64,000 nt of DNA from positions 19,541 to 83,540 of the forward strand of contig CAYGBT010000009.1 in the NCBI GenBank assembly GCA_964348275.1, read 5' to 3'. Positions 29,879 to 39,139 of the stretch are shown here, piece by piece (the first letter of the stretch is position 1; each line of letters opens with the position of its first letter). The translations under genes and the position numbers were made by a program. This DNA comes from an uncultured bacterium (GTDB lineage: Bacteria; Methylomirabilota; Methylomirabilia; Methylomirabilales; CSP1-5). A model generated the notes under the pieces. That model did no database searches. It saw nothing but the letters and a program-made list of their open reading frames with translations, and was not told the origin of the DNA.

Positions 29879-30187
29879 ATGAGCCGAATCGAGGCCCTGC
29901 AAGAGCTGCTCAAGAAAGATCCCAGTGACGCCTTACTCCACTACATGCTCGCGAACGAGTACTTCAACGCGGGACAGTATGTGGAGTGTATTGCGGCGAT
30001 GGAGAAGTATCTCAGTCTGGCGGAGGATGAGGGAGCAGCCTACCGGACGCTCGCTCAGGCCCTGGTGAATGTGGGCAGGGTCCCAGAAGCACGCCAGGCT
30101 TATGAAGCCGGGAGCCGAGCTGCGGTGAAATTTGGCCATCCGGGCATGGCGGAGGAATATCAGGAAATCCTGAAGGACCTCGGGTGA
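29879..30187 (+). CDS. small TPR-like repeat protein (102 aa)
   Basis: ATG at 29879 preceded by GGAGGAAGGAG. Helical repeat pattern LHYMLANEYFNAGQYVECIAAMEKYL...AYRTLAQALVNVGRVPEARQAYE. Confidence 0.6.
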   Translation: MSRIEALQELLKKDPSDALLHYMLANEYFNAGQYVECIAAMEKYLSLAEDEGAAYRTLAQALVNVGRVPEARQAYEAGSRAAVKFGHPGMAEEYQEILKDLG

Positions 30188-30250
30188 CTTCTCAGCCTTG
30201 GTCCCCGCTCCCGAGAGGAAGCATCGGCCCAGGGGAGTGGCCGCACATGC

Positions 30251-30484
30251 TTACATCTCCGCTGCCACCAACGTCTCCGTTACCTGGACGCCCTGGACAC
30301 CTCGAATTTGGCTAACGACGAGACGGGAGAGAGAGCTCAGTGTCTTGGCTTCGATCTGGATGATCGCATCCCAGCGGCCAAAGACCAGGATGATATCCTT
30401 GACACCTGGAATGACACTGATCTGAGAAATCGCAGGTGCTTCGAATCCCGGCATCAAGCGGACCAAGACATATCCTTTTACCAT
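30251..30484 (-). CDS. stand-alone Lrp/AsnC-type ligand-binding (RAM) domain protein
   Basis: 77 aa: VKGYVLVRL...VKDIILVFGRWDAIIQIEAKTLSSLSRLV. ATG at 30484 preceded by AAGGGAGGA; the track ORF starts at 30499. Confidence 0.7.
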   Translation of the reverse strand: MVKGYVLVRLMPGFEAPAISQISVIPGVKDIILVFGRWDAIIQIEAKTLSSLSRLVVSQIRGVQGVQVTETLVAAEM

Positions 30485-30758
30485 TGCTCCTCCCTTCATA
30501 CCTCGCGTATCCAGCGTCGCTGCATCCGAGGAAAGTCCCCCGACACAGACCGACTCTCATCGGCCGATAGGACTCTCTGGCGCCTCGCCATATACCCGCC
30601 AGCGGCCTGGACGTCCAATCCCTCGGGGCGAGGGAAACAAGGACGCAATAGTCGCTCCATGGTTGGTACCGTAAGAGGCCATGAAGTCTCTGTCAAGGGA
30701 AAGGCGGCCGCCCCATGGGGAATCCACGGCAACCGACCTTCACTGGGAGGCCATTTTG

Positions 30759-31967
30759 TTACGGATGATTCGGGGAGAGATCTTTCGGGAGCCGCACTGG
30801 GTCTTCTTCGAGGGGGTCGTAGATCACCTTCAGCTTCTGACCGGCGCGCAAGGGGCCCTCCTCATCCCGGATCCCGTTGAGAAGGGCGAGGTCCCATGCT
30901 CGATTCTCCGTTCCCCAGAGACGCCGGGCAATCTCCTTCAAGTTCTGTCCCTCTCGGGCAGTCAAGATCCTGATGCGTTTTCGCTCCGTGGGCTTACCAT
31001 ACACCAACCCGTCCAACCGAGCCTTAAACGCATCTGCCTTTACCTCGAGGGGTCTTCCGTCCTCCGGTGTGAGGATGTCGATCATGACCCGTGCCCGGTC
31101 GATCCGCTCTAACGTATCCGGGTGGGTCGCTCGGAAGGCGTGATATCCGATGCCACTGAGACGACTCCGGATCTGTAGCGTCCGCATGAAACTCATCAAT
31201 CCCCGGGGATCGTAGCCCGCTTTCAGGGCCCACCGTAGCCCTTTTTCATCCGATTCCAGCTCCGCCTCCCGACCGTAGCCGAGGAGGATCTGGGTAGCAA
31301 TTTCATTAGAGAGCGCCGCCCAACCGGCCGTGTTTTCCCGGCCCCCCGGACTCACGACGGCAAGGCCCAAGGTCACGATCTGTGCCCCCAGGGCACGGGT
31401 CATCTGCTCAGCCGAATGATGGGAGGTGACATGGGCGATCTCGTGTCCCAAGACCGCCGCCAGCTCCGCCTCGTTATTCAGCTCGGCCAAGATCCCCCGC
31501 GTCACGTAGACGTACCCCCCGGGGACGGCAAAGGCGTTAATCATCGGATGGTCGACCACGGTAAACAGAAATTTGAAGGGGCTGGATTCCGCCTGCTTCA
31601 AGACGCGCTGGCCGACCTGGGTTACATAGGCCTGAAGCGCCGCATCCCGGTAGTAGCCGAATTTATTCAGGATCTCCCGGTGGACCTTTCTCCCAATCGC
31701 CTCCTCCTTTTCCTCCGATATTACCGAAAAGGCAGAGGCGAACGGCCCGCCGTGGAAAAGTTCCCAGGCGATGCCCCCCAAAACAAGAAGCATTTTCTTA
31801 AGGAAGCCTCGCCGGTTTAGCCCCGCACAACAGAAGCAGCTACCTGCGTGTCCTATCTTTTCTACTCCCGGCGGCATCTCCTTCGCCTCGGATCGTGTGC
31901 CTCTCCTCATTCCCAACTTCCACTCGGATAAAGCATCGTATTTATCTCCGCCCCCCCGGTATCTCAC
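30759..31967 (-). CDS. M48-family zinc metalloprotease with Tat-type signal and C-terminal LysM domain
   Basis: HEIAHV (HExxH); NRRGFLKK twin-arginine motif; LysM-like tail (GQNLKEIARRLWG...LNGIRDEEGPLRAGQKLKVI). True start may be 31910 or 31877. Confidence 0.8.
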   Translation of the reverse strand: MRYRGGGDKYDALSEWKLGMRRGTRSEAKEMPPGVEKIGHAGSCFCCAGLNRRGFLKKMLLVLGGIAWELFHGGPFASAFSVISEEKEEAIGRKVHREILNKFGYYRDAALQAYVTQVGQRVLKQAESSPFKFLFTVVDHPMINAFAVPGGYVYVTRGILAELNNEAELAAVLGHEIAHVTSHHSAEQMTRALGAQIVTLGLAVVSPGGRENTAGWAALSNEIATQILLGYGREAELESDEKGLRWALKAGYDPRGLMSFMRTLQIRSRLSGIGYHAFRATHPDTLERIDRARVMIDILTPEDGRPLEVKADAFKARLDGLVYGKPTERKRIRILTAREGQNLKEIARRLWGTENRAWDLALLNGIRDEEGPLRAGQKLKVIYDPLEEDPVRLPKDLSPNHP

Positions 31968-32076
31968 GGTTTCCGGAGGAATCCGCAGTGCGAGGCTGAG
32001 CCCCTTCTCCCAGCAAGCCTTCAGGATACTCCATCGCCACGAGTTTGCCCCGAGAGCGCCTCGTATGCTGCCACTT

Positions 32077-32106
32077 ATAATATCAGCTCTACGATGATTC
32101 CGGCAA
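32077..32106 (-). promoter_or_regulatory. sigma70-like promoter (TTGCCG-N18-TATTAT) upstream of the M48 protease gene
   Basis: Minus strand: TTGCCG at 32106-32101 and TATTAT at 32082-32077. Confidence 0.3.
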
Positions 32107-32210
32107 CCCGATTAGGTGGGGTCGGTGGTGGGGAATCTACAGAGCTCCTAAGATGAGGATTTCGTTGACTGAATGGCCCTTATCCGACGACCGACGAATC
32201 GGTTTCCGAG

Positions 32211-32318
32211 CTAGTACCGTTCCAACTATTTTCTGCCAACTTTTCGCTGGAGAAGCTCACGACTGGTGGAAGAAGTCCCGCCCCTCAAATTCGGCGTATC
32301 AAGTTGGAACGGCACTAG
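32211..32318. mobile_element. MITE-like element, copy B (about 108 bp), inverted relative to copy A
   Basis: CTAGTACCGTTCCAACT...AGTTGGAACGGCACTAG. Its terminal CTAG supplies the TAG stop (32315-32317) of the HAMP protein gene. Confidence 0.7.
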
Positions 32319-32953
32319 TTCCCCGCTTCTCGGCCGACTTTTAGGCGCGCGAGAACCATTTGCGCCTCCCGGGCTTTCTCCAAGAGCGCGGTGAGATCCT
32401 TCTCGAGGGAGTCATTCGATCCATTCCTGACTCCGTCGATAAGCGTTTCGAGCTGGGATGCCAGATCTTCCAGAGGGTGTTGGGTGTCCCGGACGGTTTC
32501 GCCCAGGCTTACGATAGCCCGGTTCACGGCCGTCTCCAGCTCCATGAGATCATCCCCCTTGCGGAGCTTGAACTGACCAGACAGATCGCCTGCCGCCATC
32601 TTATCCACCACCTGGTGGAAACGATAGATGGGACCGGCAAACCGGTGAGTGACAAAAACGCTCATGAAGGCCGAAACGACCATGCCCAGAAAGATGGCCG
32701 GCCAGATCCGAAACCCCAAGGCCCGGAGGTCCTGAAGGATTGCCTTCTTGGCAGCGGTAGAGGCCGAGGAGTACAGAAGAACATCGAGAGGGATATAGAG
32801 GAAGACGATAATCAGGAAGGAAGATATCAGCAGGGGAACGAGCGACAGGAATAGATACTTCCGCTGGATCTCATGGACGTAGAATTGTCGCCGTCGCGCC
32901 CGTTGATGCCCCAATTCACCCCTCCCGTTAAATATCTCCCGCAAGCCGAGCAC
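32315..32953 (-). CDS. membrane protein with two TM segments, a HAMP domain and a C-terminal coiled coil
   Basis: TM1/TM2 then HAMP (HRFAGPIYRFHQVVDKMAAGDLSGQFKLRKGDDLMELETAVN). Confidence 0.7.
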   Translation of the reverse strand: MLGLREIFNGRGELGHQRARRRQFYVHEIQRKYLFLSLVPLLISSFLIIVFLYIPLDVLLYSSASTAAKKAILQDLRALGFRIWPAIFLGMVVSAFMSVFVTHRFAGPIYRFHQVVDKMAAGDLSGQFKLRKGDDLMELETAVNRAIVSLGETVRDTQHPLEDLASQLETLIDGVRNGSNDSLEKDLTALLEKAREAQMVLARLKVGREAGN

Positions 32954-32989
32954 TCCCCGGCTTCCTCCCCTCCCGGGCTCCGGCCATCC

Positions 32990-34396
32990 TCATGCGCTCC
33001 TTTCCCGGTCGGGATGATTCCCGATGCCAAACGCCTTCAGCTTCCGGTGGAGGTTAGACCGCTCGATTTTCAAGCGCTCCGCCGTCCGCGTGACGTTCCA
33101 CTGGTTTTCCTCCAGGCGCATGAGGATAAATTCCCGCTCGAACCGGTTTCGCGCCTCACGGAGCGATGCGGTTCGCCAACCCCCTGAATTTAAAAAGGTT
33201 TCCTCTTCACGACCCGGGCGAGCCCGCAGGGCAGGCTCCACATTGGATCCGCGAATAACCTCTCCTGGCACCATAATCACCAACCGCTCGATAACGTTCT
33301 TCAGCTCTCGAACGTTCCCGGGCCAAGAATGTTGCAAGAACAGTTCCATCGCGTCCGCCGAGAGGGCCTTTTGCCGCTTCCCGTATTCCGCGCAGAACCC
33401 CTTCAGGAAATGCCGGCCCAGCAAAGCGATATCCTCCCGACGCTCTCGCAGCGGCGGAACCTCAACCGGGACAACGTTCAGGCGATAGTACAGATCCTCC
33501 CGAAATCGCCCCGCAAGGGTCTCCTCTTCCAGATCCTTATTGGAGGCGGCGATAACCCGCACATCCACCCGGATGGCCTCGGTCCCCCCCACCCGTTCAA
33601 AGGTCTGCTCTTGAAGCACCCGGAGGACTTTGGCCTGAGTCTTGAGACTCATGTCGCCAACCTCGTCAAGAAAAATGGTCCCGCCATCAGCAATCTCGAA
33701 TTTTCCGCGGCGACTCGTGAGGGCGCCGGTGAAGGCCCCCTTCTCGTGGCCAAAGAGCTCACTCTCGATCAGTTCGTCAGGGATAGCGGCACAGTTGACC
33801 TCGACAAAGGGTTTCTCCCGCCTGAGGCTCGTCCGATGAATGGCCCGGGCAATCAGTTCCTTCCCGGTTCCGCTCTCTCCTCGTATCAAGACCCGCCCGT
33901 GACTGGGCGCCACCGACTCGACCTGCTGCAGGATCCTGCGGATCGCTGGACTTTCGCCCACAATCTCGTACTGTCGCTCTAGGTGCTCTCGCAACGCCCG
34001 GTTCTCTTGCAGGAGGCGTTGCTGCTCGAGGCCGTGCCGGACTGCCAAGAGGGTCCGTTCGATGGTTGGAGGTTTCTCGATGAAGTCGTAGGCCCCCAGC
34101 TTGATGGCCCGAACCGCCGTCTCGATGTTCGCGTGTCCGGAAATCATGATCACGGGCGTCTCAGGGACCATTCCCCTCAAGGCATCAAGAACGTGCAGTC
34201 CATCCATCCCCGGAAGCCAGATATCCAAGATCACGAGGTCGGGAGATGAGCGCTGAACCTCGGAGAGCGCCTGTTCTCCGCTCTGCGCGGTCCGCACCCG
34301 ATACCCTTCATCGGTCAGGATATCCTCGATCACCTTGAGGATGTTGAGTTCATCATCGACGACCAGGATATCTTCTCGCGGCATGGCCTGCCTCAT
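32990..34396 (-). CDS. ntrX: sigma54-dependent response regulator (NtrC/NtrX family)
   Basis: REC domain, AAA+ domain with the GAFTGA loop (EKGAFTGA), and a C-terminal Fis-type HTH. Coupled to the upstream kinase. Confidence 0.85.
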   Translation of the reverse strand: MRQAMPREDILVVDDELNILKVIEDILTDEGYRVRTAQSGEQALSEVQRSSPDLVILDIWLPGMDGLHVLDALRGMVPETPVIMISGHANIETAVRAIKLGAYDFIEKPPTIERTLLAVRHGLEQQRLLQENRALREHLERQYEIVGESPAIRRILQQVESVAPSHGRVLIRGESGTGKELIARAIHRTSLRREKPFVEVNCAAIPDELIESELFGHEKGAFTGALTSRRGKFEIADGGTIFLDEVGDMSLKTQAKVLRVLQEQTFERVGGTEAIRVDVRVIAASNKDLEEETLAGRFREDLYYRLNVVPVEVPPLRERREDIALLGRHFLKGFCAEYGKRQKALSADAMELFLQHSWPGNVRELKNVIERLVIMVPGEVIRGSNVEPALRARPGREEETFLNSGGWRTASLREARNRFEREFILMRLEENQWNVTRTAERLKIERSNLHRKLKAFGIGNHPDRERSA

Positions 34397-36627
34397 ACCA
34401 CCTCTGCCACCACCGGCAGAGCGGGAAATTCCATGATCATCCGGGTCCCTCTGGGGTGATTGTCCTCCACCTGGATGGTCCCATGATGTTCGGTGATGAT
34501 CCGGTACACGATGGCGAGGCCCAGGCCAGTCCCGGACTTCTTGGTGGAAAAGTACGGCAGAAAGAGGCGCTCCCGATCCTCCGGGAGAATGCCCGGACCC
34601 GTGTCGGCCACCTCCAGATGGACTTTCCCATCTTCTGGGAGATACCGAGTTATCAGGCAGATCTCGCCTTCCTCCCCCACCGCGGTCATCGCATTATCCA
34701 CCAGATTGACCAACGCCCGCTTCATGTGATCGGGGTCCAGGTTCACAGGAGGCACCTCAGGATCGAGCACGGCGGTCAGCCGGATGCGCTTGGAGACCCC
34801 GGAGTAGAGATTGAGGACCTTCTCGATCAACGCGTGCAGATCCCCCGGTCGCGGATAGGATGTCGGCATCCGAGCATACCGGGAGAATTCATCTACCAAG
34901 CCCTTCAGGGCTTCCACTTCTTGAATGATGGTCTGCGTGCATTTGTCAAAGACCGCCGAGAAGTCGGTGGACCCTTCGGTGAACTTCCTCCGGAGGCGCT
35001 GCGTGGAAAGCTTGATGGGGGTCAAGGGGTTTTTGATTTCATGGGCGATCCTCCGGGCCATCTCCCCCCACGCCATGGCCTGTTGGGCCCGGATGAGCTG
35101 AGTGACGTCATCGAAAACCACCACCATGCCGAGATCGTGCCCTTCCCGATCCCTCAGGCTCGAGACGTTGACCACAAGGGTTACGCCCCGACCAAGCAGC
35201 GAAAGGGTCACCTGCTCATTCACCGTACCTCGTCCCTCCCGGGCCATCCGATCCATCAGATGGCAGAGGGGGGTCAAGGGTTCAGAGGCGAAGACCCCTC
35301 GGTAGTGTCGCTGGAGGGCATCTGTGGGGTCGAGATCCAGTAACCGGGATGCAGCGCGGTTGACCCTATTCACCCACCCCTCGGCGTCTACAGAAAGGAC
35401 TCCGGCCCCGATGCTATCCAGGACTGTCTCCATGTACGCCCGCCGCTGGTTCAGCTCGATATTGGTTCGTTGCAGATCCCGGTTCGTCTCTGTGAGCTCT
35501 ACCTCGCTCCGACTCAGGTCTTGGGTCATCCGGTTAAAGGAGTCCACCAACATCCCGACCTCATCATCCGCCTCCACCTGGACTCGATAGTCGAGGTTCC
35601 CAGCTGCCACGGCACGAGTCCCCTCGGCAAGCTCTTGGATGGGGACGGTAATCCGGCGAGCCATGTGCACGCCGACCCACACAGCACCGAAGATGATCAC
35701 CAACGTGACCATCAGGAAGAGCATGATGTAGATCCCCTTGACCGGGTTCTTCAGCATCTTTAGCTGCTTGTATTCCTTGATCCCCGTAGTGATGTCGGCA
35801 GCCTTCTGTGCCATCCCGCCGGGGATGAGATATCCCACCGCGGCTGCCCCAAGAACCTGGCGTTTCTTCGACGAGAGAACGATCGGCACGATACCACGAA
35901 CAAGATCCCCCGATGGGGTCTCGTGGATGAGAAACTGCTCCTTCCCGTTCAAGGCACGGCGGACGGACCGAGAGGCAGCTGTCAGCGCTTCATTTTCAGT
36001 GAGTTGCTCCCCCCAGATCCGCAGGCGCTCTCGTCCGCGGCGGTCAAAGATCTGAAGAACGGCCAGTTGGAATTCCTGGAGCTTTTCCTCGGCGACTCGA
36101 TTGAGGTACGGCTCGCTGGCGTCGAGAAGCCCCTCGGCTGCAACCCGCCGAGCGATCTGCTTGGCTGAAGTGAGCGCCCGGTCATGGGACTCCTGATAAT
36201 AGGTCTGCGCCACTTCCAAAGAGCGATCGAGAGACTCTTCCACCTTGACGTTAAACCACGTGTCCACACTGGTGGTGATGAGGTTCGACGCCACCAGGAA
36301 GAGTAGTGCAGCAGGGAGCAACGCGAGACTCAAGAAACTCACCACCAGCTTCACCCGGAACTTGGACCCCAAGAGGTTGTTCCGACGCTCCAGATAGATC
36401 TTAAACATATTCCGAAAGAGCAAAAGGACGAGAAGGACGAGGAGACTGAGGTTCACGTTCACGAGGGCAAAGATCAAGATATTGCTCGGAATCGGGGAGG
36501 GAAACCGGAGTTGGTGGAGCAGCACTTGGACTGTGGTCAGGACTGCGACCAGGCCCACCACGACGGCAATGATCAATCGCGTCCGCCGCCGCCGCTGTTC
36601 CGTGGTGCTGCCTCCGGTGTGTGCCAT
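34393..36627 (-). CDS. ntrY: NtrY-like sensor histidine kinase (TM-HAMP-PAS-HisKA-HATPase)
   Basis: 744 aa; H-box HEIKNPLTPI; the N, G1 and G2 boxes are present. Confidence 0.85.
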   Translation of the reverse strand: MAHTGGSTTEQRRRRTRLIIAVVVGLVAVLTTVQVLLHQLRFPSPIPSNILIFALVNVNLSLLVLLVLLLFRNMFKIYLERRNNLLGSKFRVKLVVSFLSLALLPAALLFLVASNLITTSVDTWFNVKVEESLDRSLEVAQTYYQESHDRALTSAKQIARRVAAEGLLDASEPYLNRVAEEKLQEFQLAVLQIFDRRGRERLRIWGEQLTENEALTAASRSVRRALNGKEQFLIHETPSGDLVRGIVPIVLSSKKRQVLGAAAVGYLIPGGMAQKAADITTGIKEYKQLKMLKNPVKGIYIMLFLMVTLVIIFGAVWVGVHMARRITVPIQELAEGTRAVAAGNLDYRVQVEADDEVGMLVDSFNRMTQDLSRSEVELTETNRDLQRTNIELNQRRAYMETVLDSIGAGVLSVDAEGWVNRVNRAASRLLDLDPTDALQRHYRGVFASEPLTPLCHLMDRMAREGRGTVNEQVTLSLLGRGVTLVVNVSSLRDREGHDLGMVVVFDDVTQLIRAQQAMAWGEMARRIAHEIKNPLTPIKLSTQRLRRKFTEGSTDFSAVFDKCTQTIIQEVEALKGLVDEFSRYARMPTSYPRPGDLHALIEKVLNLYSGVSKRIRLTAVLDPEVPPVNLDPDHMKRALVNLVDNAMTAVGEEGEICLITRYLPEDGKVHLEVADTGPGILPEDRERLFLPYFSTKKSGTGLGLAIVYRIITEHHGTIQVEDNHPRGTRMIMEFPALPVVAEVV

Positions 36628-36639
36628 CCGCGTCTATCC

Positions 36640-36864
36640 TTAGTCGTCCTGACGGTTCCAATACGATGAGCTGAGGGGTCTACGGGCTACCACAGTACCC
36701 CGGACACCGAAGACTAACTCCTCGTCCCCCAAATCAAAAGGTACCAGGATTACAGGGATTGGATGCGACGAGAGCCAGTTTCGGCTACGGTCGAGAGACT
36801 TTTTGCTGCAAAGGACCCGTTTCACCCCTTCACAGAGATTTTCGATACTTGGACCCGACTGCAT
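36640..36864 (-). CDS. hypothetical 74-aa protein (uncertain whether coding)
   Basis: The only ORF in the 280-nt lpxC-ntrY gap, ending 12 nt before the ntrY start. No recognisable domain. Confidence 0.25.
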   Translation of the reverse strand: MQSGPSIENLCEGVKRVLCSKKSLDRSRNWLSSHPIPVILVPFDLGDEELVFGVRGTVVARRPLSSSYWNRQDD

Positions 36865-36907
36865 GAATATAGCTAAAACCGGAATGGTCTGACAAGGAGA
36901 AACGGCT

Positions 36908-37828
36908 TTACAGGGCAGGGGAGCCGAGGGGTTTTGGGGAGGCAGGAACGGGGAACGGAAGAGATTCAGGGGCCGTCACGACACATCGGGAGACCAGGTC
37001 TGATTGCAGGTGGCGCTGAATCTCTTTCACCAGGCTGGTATGAAGAAGATGACCCGCCCCTTTTGCCACCACCGTCCCCTGCAGCGGCCGCCCCAAAAGG
37101 TACAGGTCGCCAATGAGATCCAATACCTTGTGCCGAATCAACTCGTCCCCGAAGCGAAGGTCATTGAGGGCACCCTCCTCGCCAATGACCACGGTATTTT
37201 CCAGGGAGCCGCCAAGGGCCAGGCCCCGCCGCCACAGGTACTCGACATCCCGGAGAAAGCCGTAGGTCCGGGAGGGGGCGATTTTCCTGATGAAGCTGCG
37301 TCGGGAGACCAGTAGTTGGATGGATTGATCAGGAAAGGAAGGATGATCATACTGCATAAAGTATTGGATCCGAAAGCGTTTGGAGGGGAGAATCTGGATA
37401 CTCCTATCCCCCATCTCAATGGTAAGAGGCTTGGTCACCCGGATGTACGTCTTCGGGACGTAATGCCTCCGGATCCCTGCTTGAAGGAGGAGGTCCACAA
37501 AAGGGGCTGCACTCCCATCCATGACGGGAACCTCGGGCCCCGAAATATCCACCTTGAGATTGTCGATCCCGAGGCCTGCGAGAGCGGCCAGGAGGTGTTC
37601 GACGGTTTTTATCTCGACCCCTGCCTTCCCGAGCGTCGTGGCGTAGTGAACATCAAGGATGTTTTCAGGACTGGCCTCGACGACAGGCGTTTCGGGCAGG
37701 TCCACCCTCCGGAAGACGATCCCGGTGTTTGGGGGCGAGGGACGGAGGGTCATGCTCACTTCACGCCCGGTATGGAGTCCCACACCCGAACAGTCGGTCA
37801 CCTTCGCGATCGTCTTCTGCCGACCCAC
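36908..37828 (-). CDS. lpxC: UDP-3-O-acyl-N-acetylglucosamine deacetylase
   Basis: GVGLHTGREV, TVEHLLAAL and HKVLDLIGDL motifs. Confidence 0.95.
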   Translation of the reverse strand: MGRQKTIAKVTDCSGVGLHTGREVSMTLRPSPPNTGIVFRRVDLPETPVVEASPENILDVHYATTLGKAGVEIKTVEHLLAALAGLGIDNLKVDISGPEVPVMDGSAAPFVDLLLQAGIRRHYVPKTYIRVTKPLTIEMGDRSIQILPSKRFRIQYFMQYDHPSFPDQSIQLLVSRRSFIRKIAPSRTYGFLRDVEYLWRRGLALGGSLENTVVIGEEGALNDLRFGDELIRHKVLDLIGDLYLLGRPLQGTVVAKGAGHLLHTSLVKEIQRHLQSDLVSRCVVTAPESLPFPVPASPKPLGSPAL

Positions 37829-37960
37829 GTCCCCTCCAATGCTCGGGTCAGAATCATAGACGGCTGATCACGCCGTGCGCCATGACTACCGAATTCGTGC
37901 AAGGCCCATACCAAAGGCACAAAGGAGATCTCACGAGAAAAATATCTTTAAATTCAAATG

Positions 37961-38027
37961 GATAGGACATGGCAGTTCAGAACAGCCTTTGCCATTGTGA
38001 CATTTTTGCAACATTGCCATCCCTATC
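37961..38027. promoter_or_regulatory. 13-14-nt inverted repeat (GATAGGACATGGCA ... TGCCATCCCTATC) with an internal TTGCCAT direct repeat, in the lpxC upstream region
   Basis: Arms at 37961-37974 and 38015-38027 in an AT-rich spacer. TTGCCAT occurs at 37989-37995 and 38014-38020. Confidence 0.3.
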
Positions 38028-38053
38028 TGTTGGAAAAAAACCACAGGGGACCG

Positions 38054-38515
38054 TCAATCCGTTTCCCAGGCTTTCTTGAGAATCCGAGCCAGGACCTCCC
38101 GGCACTCCTCGTCCTGGACGGGTCGGAGAATCTCCTGGATACGCCCCTGCATCTCAGAAGAGGAAGGGTGGCTTCTCCTTCGAGAGATTTGTTCAGGCCG
38201 AGCGGTAGGCATGGAGGGTGTACCGAGGATGAAGAAGATATCCCGGACCACTCCGGCACCCACGTGAGACTCCAGGCCCGTAAGGATCCTGGGCTTCAAC
38301 ATGGTCAGCTGCTGGAGCCAAACTGCATCGCCCACTGTCACGTGGAGACGGCCGTTCTTCAAGAGACCCGGTTGGCTTCGACGAGCCACCTCCTCACCGA
38401 CAACCTCTGACCAGACCCGGTGAATGACAACGTTCACGAAGCCAACACCCAGTCCAAGCAGGTCCAAGGTCGTCTCTACGGCCTTCGCAAGAGGGGTGAA
38501 GCCCGAATGAGTCAC
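38054..38515 (-). CDS. dciA: DUF721/DciA-family protein (putative replicative-helicase loader)
   Basis: WSEVVGEEVARRSQPGLLKNGRLHVTVGDAVWLQQLTMLKPRIL matches the DUF721 pattern. Confidence 0.7.
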   Translation of the reverse strand: MTHSGFTPLAKAVETTLDLLGLGVGFVNVVIHRVWSEVVGEEVARRSQPGLLKNGRLHVTVGDAVWLQQLTMLKPRILTGLESHVGAGVVRDIFFILGTPSMPTARPEQISRRRSHPSSSEMQGRIQEILRPVQDEECREVLARILKKAWETD

Positions 38516-39138
38516 CTTGCCTTCTCGCCCCGATGTGTGGCGGACCCCTGCCGCCGTCCACCCAGGACGGCCTCGATCGCCTTGTTGGCTAAGAGATCGG
38601 CTCTCGCATTCATCCCCCGACCGACATGAGCAATTTCGAATGCGTCGAAAGAGCGTACGAGGTCTTGCACCTGATCATACAACACGCGCAAGCGAGGATT
38701 CTTCACTCGATATTGTCCGCGGATTTGCCGCACGAGGAGCTCTGAGTCGGAAAAGACCTTCACGGCCGCATAGCCCAACTCCTTGGCTTTCCGGGCCCCG
38801 AAGAGGAGGGCCTCATATTCAGCCACGTTGTTTGTTGCTTCTCCGATGTAGGCGTGATGCTCCTCCCGAAAAGCCCCTGCTTCATCCCACAGGACCACCC
38901 CGATCCCCGCCGGGCCCGGATTGCCTCGAGCAGCTCCATCGATGTGAAGGATCAGCGATCGCGCCGCCGGTTTACCAGACCGACGGGAAGTGGCAAGCCG
39001 TCGAAGCAGGTGAGAGGCTTCCTCCAGCGCCATCCTCAGCGTGGCCGGGGGGAGATCGGCAAGCTCGCCTCTCAGGGCGGTGAGGGCCCGGGTGCGGGCC
39101 ATTGCCTCAAGGATATCCGCAAGCCGTTGCGGATTCAT
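38512..39138 (-). CDS. rnhA: ribonuclease HI-family protein with an N-terminal extension of about 60 aa
   Basis: DGAARGNPGPAGIG...ATNNVAEYEALL...SDSELLVRQI...NARADLLAN catalytic pattern. Confidence 0.85.
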   Translation of the reverse strand: MNPQRLADILEAMARTRALTALRGELADLPPATLRMALEEASHLLRRLATSRRSGKPAARSLILHIDGAARGNPGPAGIGVVLWDEAGAFREEHHAYIGEATNNVAEYEALLFGARKAKELGYAAVKVFSDSELLVRQIRGQYRVKNPRLRVLYDQVQDLVRSFDAFEIAHVGRGMNARADLLANKAIEAVLGGRRQGSATHRGEKAR

Positions 39139-39139
39139 A

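Noticed and set aside
30528-30538. An exact 11-mer GAGGAAAGTCC, the RNase P RNA P4 5'-strand consensus, on the plus strand in the 259-nt spacer between the RAM-domain gene and the M48 protease gene. Loosely RNase-P-like strings (GUAAGAG, AAGGGAAAGG, AAUCCAC..GCAA) lie nearby.
   Set aside because: Only about 40 nt are available upstream for P1-P3 before the divergent CDS start. I found no 3' P4 strand (ACAGAAnCCGGCUUA-like). The free region (about 230 nt) is too short for a type-A RNA, and the following bases (CCCCGACACAG) deviate from GGGCUCC. This is probably a chance match; a cmscan with RF00010 would settle it.
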